Origin: Candidatus Flemingiibacterium sp.
GTDB taxonomy: Bacteria > Bacillota > Clostridia > Oscillospirales > CAG-272
Assembly: GCA_045578725.1 (NCBI GenBank)
Contig: JAZNKS010000028.1
Location: 12,955-76,954 of the forward strand
Reading direction: 5' to 3'
Length of the DNA stretch: 64,000 nt
The translations under genes were made by a program, and so were the position numbers. Within the stretch, counting starts at the first letter, position 1. Each line of letters opens with the position of its first letter. This document shows, piece by piece, positions 27,810-38,671 of this stretch. The notes under the pieces were generated by a model, which worked only from the letters and a program-made list of their open reading frames with translations, was not told the DNA's origin and made no database searches.

Positions 27810-28699
27810 GCTCCCGTCCCCTCACCGAACACATGCAGATAATAATCCTCCAGCGTCGGCATGACCGTCTTCGCTCTCTCAGTCGGCATCGTCTCCGCCA
27901 GCACCCGCAATAATACCTCGCCCGTCTGTTCATCCCGGGCGATATTCGTCACGCGGAAGGCCTCCTGCATCGCCTGCACATCCGCTTCCGCACATGGCAC
28001 CGACCAGACCCGGCCGTCGATCTTCTTCACCAGCTCATGGGGCGGCGCGTTGTCGACGATCACGCCTTTTTTGAGCATGATGATGTCCTTGGCGATGAAC
28101 TCAATGTCCGGTACAACGTGCGTTGCGATCAGGACGATCTTGTTGAACGCGATTTTCGAGATATAGTTGCGGATGGCGATGCGCTGTTTGGGGTCAAGTC
28201 CGGCTGTCGGCTCGTCGAGGATGAGGATTTCCGGATCGCCCAGCACCGCCTGCGCCAGCGTCAGCCGCTGCTTCATACCGCCCGAGAGCGCACCGATCCG
28301 GCGGCGCGGGACATCGTCCAGCTCCACAGCGGCGAGAATTTCGGGAATCTGCCGCTGTGCCTCCTCCTTTGTCATGCCTTTGAGCGAGGCCATGTACCAC
28401 ATGAACCGCTCGACGGTGAAATTCGGATAGAGTCCGGGATACTGGGGCATGAAGCCCAGCTTTTCGCGGAACCGCACGCCCATATCAAGCACATTTTCGC
28501 TGACACCGGCTCCGTCCGTATAGGTAATCGCCCCCGCATCCGCTTTGAGATTATCGGTGAGGATATTCATCAGCGTGGATTTGCCCGAGCCGTTCGGGCC
28601 GAGCAGGGCGTAGATGCCCGCATCCAGAGTGGCGGTGAAGCCATCGAGCGCGCGGTTTGTGCCGTAGGATTTGGTGATATTTTGTATGGTAAGTGTCAT
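27806..28699 (-). CDS. ABC transporter ATP-binding protein (ABC-2 partner type)
   Basis: Walker A GPNGSGKST, signature LSGGMKQR, Walker B ILILDEPT. The ATG at 28699 follows AGGAGG. Confidence 0.9.
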   Translation of the reverse strand: MTLTIQNITKSYGTNRALDGFTATLDAGIYALLGPNGSGKSTLMNILTDNLKADAGAITYTDGAGVSENVLDMGVRFREKLGFMPQYPGLYPNFTVERFMWYMASLKGMTKEEAQRQIPEILAAVELDDVPRRRIGALSGGMKQRLTLAQAVLGDPEILILDEPTAGLDPKQRIAIRNYISKIAFNKIVLIATHVVPDIEFIAKDIIMLKKGVIVDNAPPHELVKKIDGRVWSVPCAEADVQAMQEAFRVTNIARDEQTGEVLLRVLAETMPTERAKTVMPTLEDYYLHVFGEGTGA

Positions 28700-28723
28700 G
28701 GTGATACCTCCTGACATTTCGTA

Positions 28724-29968
28724 TCATTCGAATTCATCGAATGTGTATTCTCCGGTTTCCATATTATAGGCGGAAAATGCTGTGTTGCCTGCATACAGAA
28801 TCCATTTATCGCAGATCACGATCCAACGGTATCCGGACACGGGATTGGCCGCTTTCTGTTCCTGCGTCTGCACCAGCCGGAGCGGTTTGCCGTCATGATC
28901 GCATTGCCAAAGTCCGTCATCAAACGTCAGATAGAGGTAACGATCGGTGATCCCGCCTTCCATCAGCGGATAGGCGTTGACCGTTTCGGGTACCTCGCCG
29001 AGAATTTCTTCTTCTCCGGTGATAAGATTCCGCTTGGTATAATACAGCCGGTAAAACGCGACCGTAACAGGGTCCCCGTTTTCATCGGTCATGGGGTTTC
29101 CCCGGCCGTCCATGGTCTGCCGAAACTCCACCGGATCACCGTCGCATTTCCGGTAATAGCAGTAATCGCCGGCCCTCGCGGTATTGATGTAATAATAGGG
29201 ATAGTGAAGCAGAGTCTTCTCACCGCTCACCCGATCAACCCGTGTTACGCGATTGCTTTCGCCGATTCCTGTGTGATAATAACAGTACTGTTCGTCAATA
29301 TCCTGCAGATTGCTGAAGCCATCCTCGGTCTGTTCGTAGGTATAAAGGATTTCCTCCGTTTTACCGAAGGAATCCGGCTTGGTCCGGCAGAGCAGACGGA
29401 TGGTTTCGCCGGTCGGATTGTCGGCATGAAGCGGCCGAAAAACGCTGTAGTAGAGATACCCGTCCGAAAGAATCTCATGGAGGATATATCTTGAACCGTC
29501 ATCCGGGATATCGAAAATTTTCCTGATACTCTGATCTTCGATGCGGTAGCGCAGGAACGAATAGTCGCGGACTTTCTTCATCTTTCTTCTGCCGTCAGTC
29601 GCTTCGGGCATCCACTCGGTTGTGCCGGTAATAAAGTAGACCGTCCCGTCATCCACCAGCCATTGATCGGAGCCGTTGGCAAAGACACATTCTTCTCCCC
29701 GGCACAGCGGATCGGCGCAGACACGCCCAAGGGTGCCGGTCACAGGATTGAACCGGAAAAACAGGCTGTTTTCGCCCGGCAGCCAGAAATATACCATGTT
29801 ATCAAACAGCCGCATACAGGACAGTGACGAATTATCCGGTGTAAAGACCCGGTCAAAGCCGTCGATCGCCCTTTGCGGGAGTTCATCCGGATTCTTCGGC
29901 ACAGCCGGCTGCTCGCCGCAGGAAGAGAGCAAAAGGAGTGTGATGATGATGCCAAGCAGTTTCTTCAT
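28724..29968 (-). CDS. Cys-motif lipoprotein paralog P4
   Basis: MKKLLGIIITLLLLSSC lipobox. Motif variant CADPLCRGEEC, with the His missing. Confidence 0.8.
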   Translation of the reverse strand: MKKLLGIIITLLLLSSCGEQPAVPKNPDELPQRAIDGFDRVFTPDNSSLSCMRLFDNMVYFWLPGENSLFFRFNPVTGTLGRVCADPLCRGEECVFANGSDQWLVDDGTVYFITGTTEWMPEATDGRRKMKKVRDYSFLRYRIEDQSIRKIFDIPDDGSRYILHEILSDGYLYYSVFRPLHADNPTGETIRLLCRTKPDSFGKTEEILYTYEQTEDGFSNLQDIDEQYCYYHTGIGESNRVTRVDRVSGEKTLLHYPYYYINTARAGDYCYYRKCDGDPVEFRQTMDGRGNPMTDENGDPVTVAFYRLYYTKRNLITGEEEILGEVPETVNAYPLMEGGITDRYLYLTFDDGLWQCDHDGKPLRLVQTQEQKAANPVSGYRWIVICDKWILYAGNTAFSAYNMETGEYTFDEFE

Positions 29969-29977
29969 TGGTATTCC

Positions 29978-31153
29978 TCAATCATATACTTTTTCAACGG
30001 TAACCGTTCCGTTCGCACAGCGAATCAGACAATCATAACCGAAATCGTTATCTTCGTACTGTTTCCGGCCGTTCGATACCCGTGCCCGGATGCCGGATTC
30101 GGTTACAACACCGATCGCTACGGTATCCTCGGGATCAAAGTCATCCGACAGAATATATTCCGTTATGCTGGTATCGTCGGGATCAATCCGGCAGAGCTTC
30201 TGCGTGGCCTTGACATAATAATCGTACGGTGCCGTCTCTCCGCCCGGTGCGCCTGTGGGCATCTCTTTTGTGCCGATATACACCGGCTCTGCCTGCTCGG
30301 TATACCAGATGCCGCCGCCGAAGGTGTAGCCGGACTTGCCCTCACAGATTTGGGTAAAGCCGCCGTTTTCTTTTACATACAGCGTGCCGGAGGTCGTGAG
30401 CCATGTTTTTGTGCCGTAGACCACAACTTCAAAAAGCTTTCCCCTCTCTTCGGGAAGAACATTCTCCGTCAAGGCTCCTGTTTCGGGATTCATGATGTCG
30501 AGCTGTGTGACACCGTTATCATCATGGGTAACAAGATAATAATTTTCTCCGTCCGCATAGAATGCCGTTCCGATGGAAAGTTCCTCGTCAAGCACCGCTT
30601 CTGCCTTGCCGCCGTCCGTGGGAATCCGCATAAAGCGCGAGGACTGCACATCCATGGAAACGTGTTCCTCCAGCGGATCGTAATTCTCGTTGTAATACCC
30701 CTGCTGGAAATACAGATACCCGTCCGCATACTGCATATAAACGGAGGAATTTCCCGTGGCATCGTAGGTATGGAGCAGTCTGAAGTCCGAGCCGTCGGGA
30801 TTCACCGAGAAAATCTGCCGGTACATGATGCCGTTATCGGTCAGGAGCGGATTGAGGGCATTGAGATACAGCTTTTTTCCGTCTGTGACCACCGTTTTCT
30901 GCCACAGATTGGTCGAGGACGGACAAAGGCTGTCGGTGCTGTCATGGGTACACAGCGGATCGCGGCAGATTCCCTCCTTCACGCCGTCCCAGGCTGGATT
31001 CCACAGCTGGATATCCATTCCCGCGAAGTTATCGTAATAGGTATCGCCGAGCATACAGCCCTCTTCGGTGTTGATGTAATCCTGCACCGGTGGTTGTGCG
31101 CCGCAGGAGGTGAGAAGAAGTGCGCAAATTATGGCGCAGGAAAGCTTTTTCAT
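29978..31153 (-). CDS. Cys-motif lipoprotein paralog P5
   Basis: Start at 31153 after GGGAGA. MKKLSCAIICALLLTSC lipobox. Motif CRDPLCTHDSTDSLCP. Confidence 0.8.
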   Translation of the reverse strand: MKKLSCAIICALLLTSCGAQPPVQDYINTEEGCMLGDTYYDNFAGMDIQLWNPAWDGVKEGICRDPLCTHDSTDSLCPSSTNLWQKTVVTDGKKLYLNALNPLLTDNGIMYRQIFSVNPDGSDFRLLHTYDATGNSSVYMQYADGYLYFQQGYYNENYDPLEEHVSMDVQSSRFMRIPTDGGKAEAVLDEELSIGTAFYADGENYYLVTHDDNGVTQLDIMNPETGALTENVLPEERGKLFEVVVYGTKTWLTTSGTLYVKENGGFTQICEGKSGYTFGGGIWYTEQAEPVYIGTKEMPTGAPGGETAPYDYYVKATQKLCRIDPDDTSITEYILSDDFDPEDTVAIGVVTESGIRARVSNGRKQYEDNDFGYDCLIRCANGTVTVEKVYD

Positions 31154-31178
31154 AGTAGTATCTCCCATCTGAATGAAG

Positions 31179-32444
31179 TTACGGCTGTGCAGTCTGGAAT
31201 GCTCCGCGGTATTCCATCATCCCGTCATCGGTCAGACGGAATTTGTACACCCCGCCCGTGTAAGCATCGCCTGTATACGCCTTTTCGGGATTGTCGACAC
31301 GCACAATGGCTATTCCGTCCGACAGTCCGAGAAAATCCGCACAGAAGCCGTCATCCGCATCGGGCAGAACCCATGTCTGCGAAGAAAAATCATCAAGATC
31401 AAACCGTGCAATACTGCCGTCGGTGAATTGGCAGAAATCGCAGAGAGCCTTTTCATCACCGTTCCCGGTCGGCATCTCCTTTGCACCGAAATAGGTGAAT
31501 TCATACGGCTCATACCATACCGCACCGTCAGCAAAGACAATTCCCGTCAGGCTGCCGATACTGCCGACCAGCTTTTCATATGTCTGACCGTCAAAGCGGT
31601 AAACGGCGTAGGTCTGCAGGGTGACGGGCGTCGCATACTGCTCGGTTTTATTAGATTCCAGACAGATAAAATAGGTATTGTCTTCATACGCGGTGACATA
31701 GATCACAGGGCATCCATCGGGAATGATGCCTGTCTGAACCGCGCTGCCTGTCTTGCGGTCAATGATGTCAAGCGTGGAATTGCTGATCGAAAAGCCGTCA
31801 GCCATGTGGAGAATATAGTAATGGTTGTCATCGAGATAGAAACGATCCTCGGGAAGCAGTTTTCCGCTGTAGGCTTCCTCTGTTTTGCCGCTGTCGGTGT
31901 CGAGACGCATGATTTTTACATACTGATCCTGATTTCCCTTATGCGCGGAATCGTATTCGTCCTCATAAAAGCTCTGATAGTAGTACAGCCATCCGCCGCG
32001 CAGGTGGATAAACGGCTCTGCGGCATTGGTTGAATCGTAGGAAAGCAGACACTTCATACCGCTTCCGTCTGCGTTCATGGCAACGAGCCATTTCTCGTTT
32101 CGGTTCCATGTCCCGCCGTTCAGCGCGGAGAGAAAGCTCCTGCCGTTTGCGTAAATGCGTTCCCCGTCCGTGGCATACGCGGTAAAATCGAGATTGTAGC
32201 AGTCGGGACACACGCTGTCATTGCCGCTGTGGTCGCAGAGCGGGTCATAGCAGAAGTGGTCGAGCACCGTTGGTGCATCGGCATGATAGCGCAGAAGTCC
32301 ATGGGGCGTTGCCTCAAGAACCGTTTCACCCATCGAAAACGCACCGAAGTTGAGGGCGATGTTGGTATAGGAAGCAGGGGGATTTTGTGCGCCGCAGGAG
32401 GTAAGCAGAAGTAGTGCGGGCAGGAGTAATCCGGTCTTTTTCAT
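31179..32444 (-). CDS. Cys-motif lipoprotein paralog P6
   Basis: Start at 32444 after GAGGG. MKKTGLLLPALLLLTSC lipobox. Motif CYDPLCDHSGNDSVCPDC. Confidence 0.8.
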   Translation of the reverse strand: MKKTGLLLPALLLLTSCGAQNPPASYTNIALNFGAFSMGETVLEATPHGLLRYHADAPTVLDHFCYDPLCDHSGNDSVCPDCYNLDFTAYATDGERIYANGRSFLSALNGGTWNRNEKWLVAMNADGSGMKCLLSYDSTNAAEPFIHLRGGWLYYYQSFYEDEYDSAHKGNQDQYVKIMRLDTDSGKTEEAYSGKLLPEDRFYLDDNHYYILHMADGFSISNSTLDIIDRKTGSAVQTGIIPDGCPVIYVTAYEDNTYFICLESNKTEQYATPVTLQTYAVYRFDGQTYEKLVGSIGSLTGIVFADGAVWYEPYEFTYFGAKEMPTGNGDEKALCDFCQFTDGSIARFDLDDFSSQTWVLPDADDGFCADFLGLSDGIAIVRVDNPEKAYTGDAYTGGVYKFRLTDDGMMEYRGAFQTAQP

Positions 32445-32451
32445 TTTTCCC

Positions 32452-33597
32452 TCATTCATAAATCTTGGCTTCGCCGGTCCGGGTGTCGATCACCAGCCTG
32501 CCGCCGCCGACGGGATCCAGCCGCGGCTGCATCGTGCCGTCCTCCCATTCCCGCTCGGTCAGGATTCCGAGATCGCAGATCAGCCATCCGCCCCGGAATT
32601 TCATATCCATGCTCCGGAGGATATGGGAGTTGTCATCGTACACCGTCCGGGCCGACTTTCCATCAAGCTTGCAGGAATAAATCTTTCCGTCCACATTATC
32701 ATAGACATCCCGGTCGCGCCAGAGATCAAAATACAGCTTCTTTGGATTTTCGGCGGCCTTCGTGTAATAGATCCGATCCCCGCCGATCACGGCAAACAGG
32801 ACATCCTCCAGCACCGTTTCGGATTTTCCCGTCTTCAATGAATACCGGTGAACATCGTAGGAGCTCTCCCGGAGCGTCCAGTAATAAATCCATCCCGACC
32901 CGATCGCGGAAAAATCGATATGGCCGAGCGCTTCCCCGGCATCGAAAAGGATCTCCCCGTTTGCGAAATCCGGATCCGTGCGGACAAGGCCGGTGTGAGC
33001 CCCGTCATGGGGCGACACACAGAGCGGCGCATACAGATAATCCCCGTCCTCATGAATCGGCAGAATCACTTCGTCCCGGTCGGACAGATCCTCATATTCC
33101 CCGGTCCGGTAGTTGACCCGGTAATAATAATCGGTAGTCCCGGACTCGCTGACATACTGCCAGTCGCCGGCCAGACTGTTTGCCGAGGATTTTGTGCCCT
33201 GCTCCATGGGCTCCAGCTTTGCGTACAGCTCCTTCACGGCACCGGATTCCAGATCGTACACCCGGTACGCCTTGCCAAGATACTGCCCGTCCGGCTTTTT
33301 CTCGGCGATGTTGACCGAGAAATACATCTTACCGTCCCGGATGGCAAAAACCTGATTGTATCCCGCGAAGGGGCATCCGGCCGCCTCGGTGTGATCGCAG
33401 ATCGGATCGGCGCAGGCCGGAAGTGTCGCCCCCGTGACGGGATTGAAGATTCCGACGGTCAGCACCCGCCCATCCGCCGTCTGCATCATGGATTCCGTCG
33501 GGACAAGATGCGAAAACGCATCCGTGCTTTCCTCCCCGCCGCAACCGGCGAGCAGAATCGCCGACGCCAGCAGGGCCGCTGTGATATATCGTTTCAT
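32452..33597 (-). CDS. Cys-motif lipoprotein paralog P7
   Basis: MKRYITAALLASAILLAGC lipobox. Motif CADPICDHTEAAGCP. Confidence 0.8.
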   Translation of the reverse strand: MKRYITAALLASAILLAGCGGEESTDAFSHLVPTESMMQTADGRVLTVGIFNPVTGATLPACADPICDHTEAAGCPFAGYNQVFAIRDGKMYFSVNIAEKKPDGQYLGKAYRVYDLESGAVKELYAKLEPMEQGTKSSANSLAGDWQYVSESGTTDYYYRVNYRTGEYEDLSDRDEVILPIHEDGDYLYAPLCVSPHDGAHTGLVRTDPDFANGEILFDAGEALGHIDFSAIGSGWIYYWTLRESSYDVHRYSLKTGKSETVLEDVLFAVIGGDRIYYTKAAENPKKLYFDLWRDRDVYDNVDGKIYSCKLDGKSARTVYDDNSHILRSMDMKFRGGWLICDLGILTEREWEDGTMQPRLDPVGGGRLVIDTRTGEAKIYE

Positions 33598-33609
33598 GTG
33601 AGATTCTCC

Positions 33610-34749
33610 TTATTTTTCTTTATCCTGAACCGTAAGGCTGCCGTCCGCCTCCGGCTTCAGATTCACATAATCGTAGGTGAGCTTCAGCGCGCCGTAATCG
33701 TTGATTGCCGCCATAACAGTCCCGTTTGACACGCCCGCCGGCTCAATCTTCAGATTCACATTTTCATGGCGGTACACCGTTTCCTCGCCTGTTGCAAGGT
33801 TGTGATGAATCAGCTCGCCTGTCCATGTGCGGATGAAATCATAAAGCGACATCCCCTTGCCGTCATAGCTCTCCTTGGAGCCGAGCAGGACAAATTCCTC
33901 AACGGGAAGCATTTTCGTGTACCAGACACCGTCCGTGTCCCAGACATACTGGTTAATATCGGTAACAACCGTTTCAAACTCCATGCCGTTCCACTTCCAG
34001 AGTGCGCGGCGGACGAACATGAACCGGCTGTTGATTTCATAATCATGCATATCGGTCATGCCGAGAAGGTAGACGTTTCCTTTGTGCAGAACAATACCGT
34101 CCGGGTCGGGTGTTGGCAGTTTGATTGTCTGCATTTCTTTGCTTTTACGGTCGATTGCATAAAACTGTCCGTTGTCGGTGATGTAATAGTTCTCACCATC
34201 GGCAACGATCTCGGCGTAGGCAGAAAGCTCAATATCGAGAAAGGCTTCGGGATCACCTCCGTCACAGGGGACACGCATCGCCACGCCATAGGATTCGCTG
34301 TTCCGGTCTTCTGCATCACGGTACAGACCTTCGACGTAGTAGACATATACCCCGTCGGTGGAAATATCCGTCACCAATCCGTCGCACATAGAGTATTCGC
34401 AGAGTGTTTTACGACCGCTGCCATCGAAGTTCAGAGAAGTGATCTGCGCCATCCGGCCATCGGTTTTGACATAAAGTCGCTCTCCGTCAGATACAACGGA
34501 AGATACCCTCGTCAGCTCCGCGCAGAATTCCCCCTCGGAATGAGTGCAGAGCGGATCCGAGCAGAGCGATTTTCCTTCGGGTGCCGCGCTCGAAAAGCGG
34601 CGCAGATCGGGGCCCCAGGCTTTATAGACCGTATCAGCGACCCTGCAGCCGCTTGTGGTATTGATGCAGGTATCGGGCACGGTATACAGAGAGCCGCATC
34701 CGGTAAGGACACAGCCGAGCAGAATCAGCAGGCAAATTCCTTTTATCAT
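33610..34749 (-). CDS. Cys-motif lipoprotein paralog P8
   Basis: MIKGICLLILLGCVLTGC lipobox. Motif CSDPLCTHSEGEFC. The start abuts the P9 stop (TAAATG). Confidence 0.8.
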   Translation of the reverse strand: MIKGICLLILLGCVLTGCGSLYTVPDTCINTTSGCRVADTVYKAWGPDLRRFSSAAPEGKSLCSDPLCTHSEGEFCAELTRVSSVVSDGERLYVKTDGRMAQITSLNFDGSGRKTLCEYSMCDGLVTDISTDGVYVYYVEGLYRDAEDRNSESYGVAMRVPCDGGDPEAFLDIELSAYAEIVADGENYYITDNGQFYAIDRKSKEMQTIKLPTPDPDGIVLHKGNVYLLGMTDMHDYEINSRFMFVRRALWKWNGMEFETVVTDINQYVWDTDGVWYTKMLPVEEFVLLGSKESYDGKGMSLYDFIRTWTGELIHHNLATGEETVYRHENVNLKIEPAGVSNGTVMAAINDYGALKLTYDYVNLKPEADGSLTVQDKEK

Positions 34750-36084
34750 TTATGGCGTAACCTCCATGCTTCCCTTCCAGCGGTAATCCATCCGGGAGCC
34801 CTGTGCCTGTCCTTCTTTTTTGAGCTCTTTCAGCCGATCGGGCTCATAGAGCTTGAATTCGGCATACACCTTGCCGTCCTTCACACCGTACAGATTGACG
34901 ATATCCGCACCGGAGCCGGTCAGGATATCCCGCGCCTCACCGGTTTCGGGATTCAGCTCCACCAGCCTGCCGCCGGTCATCGTGTAGAAATTGGTCATAA
35001 TCGGCTTCGTGAGGCCCATATTCTTAATGATAAAGGGATTATCCTCCTCCCAGAGAAGGGATCCGAGATGCGAAAGCTCCAGCGGCACCAGATAGACAAG
35101 ACCGCTGTCGGGATCAATCCAAAAGGTACTGGGGTCCGGCGCGGTGGTGGAGGGCAGACCGTATACCGGCCGATAAAGCTCCTCCGCTTCGGAGCTTCCG
35201 TCCAGCTTCCGGCGCATGAGCCGGAAAACATGGCCTCGTCCGTCCAGCACGGAGAATTCCTCGGCGATCTCGACGTCCGGTTTATCGCCCTCGGCCGTCT
35301 GCTTTTCGTCCGTCATTTCAAGCCACCAGACATAGCCGCCCCGGATTATTCCCCGGCCCTCGATCGGAACCGGCTCGAGCTTTGAAAAATCCTTCCCCGT
35401 CCGGTACAAGCCGGAGGTGCCGGACACATACAGGCCGCTTTCGTCCACGCCCGCCAGCCGCCAGTTCTCCCGATCGGGATCCTCCAGCAAAACCGTCAGC
35501 GAGCCGTTCTTTTCCAGCCGGCAGATGCTTCCGCCGTACTGGGTGATTTTTCCCTTTTCGTCGGTATGCTCCGATGGAAGGGAGAGATAGGTCTCGCCTG
35601 CGTACCGCCAGAAGGGCAGCGTCAGCGCTTCGCTTTCCTCCAGATAGACCGTCTTCTTTCCGCTTTCCAGATCGAGCTTGTGCAGCTGGAGGAACCGATC
35701 CGCCATGCCGTCGGCCCGCTCCTTATAGCCCCAGGCCGTGAACCAGACCTCGCCCCCGTCCACTAACACCTGCCCGCGATCCGTTTCAAAGGTGATGGCC
35801 GGGCATTCGCTGTAGATATACTGATCCCCGTCATGCAGGCAGAGCGGATCGGTGCAGAGTACATTCTGCGTACCGGCGGCAAGATTCAGATAGGACAGAT
35901 AACCGTTATCGTGAAAATAAAGCCGTCCGTCCGCCATAAAGCTTGCGGATGCCGCTAAAAGCTCGCCCTCCCGTTCAAAAGCGGGGGCATCTTCGACCGG
36001 ATTCTTTTCGGGAATATCCCCGCTCCCGCATCCCGCAATCGTCATCGCCGCCAGAAGCGCGGCGGCCAGCATCCGTTTTTTCAT
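34750..36084 (-). CDS. Cys-motif lipoprotein paralog P9
   Basis: MKKRMLAAALLAAMTIAGC lipobox. Motif CTDPLCLHDGDQYIYSECP, the longest spacer. Confidence 0.8.
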   Translation of the reverse strand: MKKRMLAAALLAAMTIAGCGSGDIPEKNPVEDAPAFEREGELLAASASFMADGRLYFHDNGYLSYLNLAAGTQNVLCTDPLCLHDGDQYIYSECPAITFETDRGQVLVDGGEVWFTAWGYKERADGMADRFLQLHKLDLESGKKTVYLEESEALTLPFWRYAGETYLSLPSEHTDEKGKITQYGGSICRLEKNGSLTVLLEDPDRENWRLAGVDESGLYVSGTSGLYRTGKDFSKLEPVPIEGRGIIRGGYVWWLEMTDEKQTAEGDKPDVEIAEEFSVLDGRGHVFRLMRRKLDGSSEAEELYRPVYGLPSTTAPDPSTFWIDPDSGLVYLVPLELSHLGSLLWEEDNPFIIKNMGLTKPIMTNFYTMTGGRLVELNPETGEARDILTGSGADIVNLYGVKDGKVYAEFKLYEPDRLKELKKEGQAQGSRMDYRWKGSMEVTP

Positions 36085-36095
36085 GTGCTCTCCTT

Positions 36096-37352
36096 TCAGT
36101 TGGTGATTGTCACCGACGAGCTGAGCTCCAGAGCCTCCTCGGGATAGATCGCCGTGGTCTGATCGGCGGGATTGTAGACAATCCGCCCGGTTTCCTGCGC
36201 ATATTCGTAATAGTCACCGCGATCGGTGGCCTCGACGGTATAATCGTTATAATCGATGTTGTTGTAGCCGATAATAATCCGGCCGCCGACCGCTTCGATT
36301 TCGGTACCCGCCAGCGTATAATCGGGAAGCTCAAAAGCCTTCTCCTCCACGCCCGTTTCGATGTCGATGCGCCAGAGAATGCCGCCGGATCGGTTGTATT
36401 TGTCCTTGCCGCCCGGATTTTGGTCCTTGCCGAGATACGGCGGATCGTCCACGTATTTGACGTAATAGATATAATTTCCCAGCGGTGCCAGATAGACATC
36501 CGGGAAGCTTTCGACCACAATCCGGTCCTCGCCGGTCTTCAGATTATAGCACCAGAGGGTCATATGCTCCCAGTCGATCCGACCGTCCTGCATCGTGGCG
36601 GCCGTGCAGTAGAGCAGCCGTCCGGAGTCGATCAGATCATCGAACGCGATGGTAATATGCTTGTCTTCCAGAATCCGCTTTTCGTTTTTGCCGTCCTCAT
36701 CGGCCAGAATCAGCCCATCCGACAGCCCGACGGTGTCCAGCTCTTCGCCGTAGAAAAGGAACTGCTTTTCGTACTGCGAAAAGGGGATGTTCGGGACCTC
36801 CTCCAGCACCTCCGTCTTTCCGTCCGAGAGCCGGACACGAACCGTTACAACCGGTTTTCTCTCATCATTCAGAGCGATGTACCAGAAATGTCCCTCCCGC
36901 ACGATCGTCCGGTAGCCGGTGGTTGGCTTGCTGTCCGGGCGGTATTCGTCCGCCTTGGAGAATTCAAAGAGCACCGTGGCATCGCCGCTTTCCAGATCGT
37001 ATTTCATGAACAGCTTCTCATGGGAGGTAAAATCCTTCAGCCGCTGATAATAGACACAGTTATTCTCATAATGGATCGCATCCCCGGTCATATTGGCAAA
37101 CGGGCATCCGCTGTCATGGCTGTGCGGGCAGAGCGGATCGGTGCAGAGCGGTGTCAGCGAGCCCGTCTGCACATTGAATTTTGCCGGCACCTTCACCGCG
37201 CCGGTCTGCGTTTGGGTATTGACCGCGCAGAACATGGTGGTGATCTGATAGAGCGAGGTGAAGGGATCCTCTCCCGTCCCCGCCGATTGACCGCAGGATA
37301 CGGCCGACAGCGCAAGCAGGGCGGCCAGAAGGAAGGCAAAAAGCTTTTTCAT
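36096..37352 (-). CDS. Cys-motif lipoprotein paralog P10
   Basis: The ATG at 37352 gives MKKLFAFLLAALLALSAVSC. The track start at 37364 is a GTG overlapping P11. Motif CTDPLCPHSHDSGCP. Confidence 0.8.
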   Translation of the reverse strand: MKKLFAFLLAALLALSAVSCGQSAGTGEDPFTSLYQITTMFCAVNTQTQTGAVKVPAKFNVQTGSLTPLCTDPLCPHSHDSGCPFANMTGDAIHYENNCVYYQRLKDFTSHEKLFMKYDLESGDATVLFEFSKADEYRPDSKPTTGYRTIVREGHFWYIALNDERKPVVTVRVRLSDGKTEVLEEVPNIPFSQYEKQFLFYGEELDTVGLSDGLILADEDGKNEKRILEDKHITIAFDDLIDSGRLLYCTAATMQDGRIDWEHMTLWCYNLKTGEDRIVVESFPDVYLAPLGNYIYYVKYVDDPPYLGKDQNPGGKDKYNRSGGILWRIDIETGVEEKAFELPDYTLAGTEIEAVGGRIIIGYNNIDYNDYTVEATDRGDYYEYAQETGRIVYNPADQTTAIYPEEALELSSSVTITN

Positions 37353-37360
37353 AGTGATTC

Positions 37361-38662
37361 TCACTTTCCGATGTCAAGTATTTGTACTTCGGTGAAGGTA
37401 TAGCTGCTGGAGGTCACACCCTCCGCGGCCAGCTTCTCACGGATCCGGTCGCCGTCCACCACATAGCCCGACACCCAGAGATTCCCTCCCTGCAGCCCCA
37501 TCAGCGATTTGACATCAAAGCCGGGTGTTTCGATGATCTGCCGCGCGCCGGTGGCAAGATCGATCTCCCAGATCCGCGAGCCGGAATCGGACACGATGTA
37601 ATCCACCTGTACATGACTGCCCAGCGAATCGGTCACCCTATCCCCGGTGTCACCCGTCATCGTGGCGGCAATGGTTTCCAGATAGACCGGCTCATAGAGA
37701 ATCACCCAGGCCCGATCGCCGTCAATCAGCAGAGGCTGCCAGGAAGATATCGGCATATCCGTTCCCGCGATCACCAGCTCCGGCTCCCCGGTCAGATCGG
37801 ACAGCGGCAGACGCCAATAGGAGGACACCGCTTTTTCCTGGCGGATGACCACCGTTCCGTCAGCCTGCTTGTTCTTGTCGGACGGATGGGCCTCCACAAT
37901 AAGGGGATTCACCTTCGTCCCGTCCGTCTGCGTATAATACAGCCAGCCGTCATGGATAAAATTGCCGAACTGCGGCACCCCTTCCACCACTTTTGTCATG
38001 GAAGAAAAATCCGCCGGCGAGGCATACAGGCTCCGGTCCTCCGAATTCACCCAGTATATCGTCCGCTCGCCCTCCTCCTCGGTAATGCCGGCAATCCGAA
38101 CGCTGTTTTCATAATAGTCGGTCAGCTGACGGAAATCGGAACCGTCGGCGTTCATGACGAACAGATTGCTGCCGATCCCGACCATGTGCCCTTCTTCGTT
38201 ATAATTCGTGCACTGAATATCGAGATAGATCTGATTTTGGAACAGCCAGAAGGAGCTGATGAGCTCGTCCTGGCGCAAAAGCACCGTCCGCTCGCCGCTC
38301 TTCCGATCAAACCGATAGAGCCGGAACTCCCGGGTGTCGGCATCAAAATCCCTGTATTCATCGGTGTAATAGACCACCGGTGCGCCATCCTCCTCCACGA
38401 CGGCGATGTCACCGCGGCTCCAGAGGAAGGAGGGACACTCAAAGGAATCGTGAGTACAGAGCGGATCGGGGCAGACCAGCTGTTCCTCTCCGCCCAGGCT
38501 CTGATACGCCAGAAGATGAGCGTCATTTTTGAAATACCGGTATTCGCCGTACAGGAACTGGCTTCCCGCCTCCGTGTACGGATAATCGGCCTGCCTTTGG
38601 CAGGATGTCAGCCCCAAAAGAGCACCTATCAGCAGAATCGCGGCCAAAAGTATCTTTTTCAT
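37361..38662 (-). CDS. Cys-motif lipoprotein paralog P11
   Basis: MKKILLAAILLIGALLGLTSC lipobox. The motif CPDPLCTHDSFECP was verified codon by codon at 38432-38473. Confidence 0.8.
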   Translation of the reverse strand: MKKILLAAILLIGALLGLTSCQRQADYPYTEAGSQFLYGEYRYFKNDAHLLAYQSLGGEEQLVCPDPLCTHDSFECPSFLWSRGDIAVVEEDGAPVVYYTDEYRDFDADTREFRLYRFDRKSGERTVLLRQDELISSFWLFQNQIYLDIQCTNYNEEGHMVGIGSNLFVMNADGSDFRQLTDYYENSVRIAGITEEEGERTIYWVNSEDRSLYASPADFSSMTKVVEGVPQFGNFIHDGWLYYTQTDGTKVNPLIVEAHPSDKNKQADGTVVIRQEKAVSSYWRLPLSDLTGEPELVIAGTDMPISSWQPLLIDGDRAWVILYEPVYLETIAATMTGDTGDRVTDSLGSHVQVDYIVSDSGSRIWEIDLATGARQIIETPGFDVKSLMGLQGGNLWVSGYVVDGDRIREKLAAEGVTSSSYTFTEVQILDIGK

Positions 38663-38671
38663 TCTCTCACC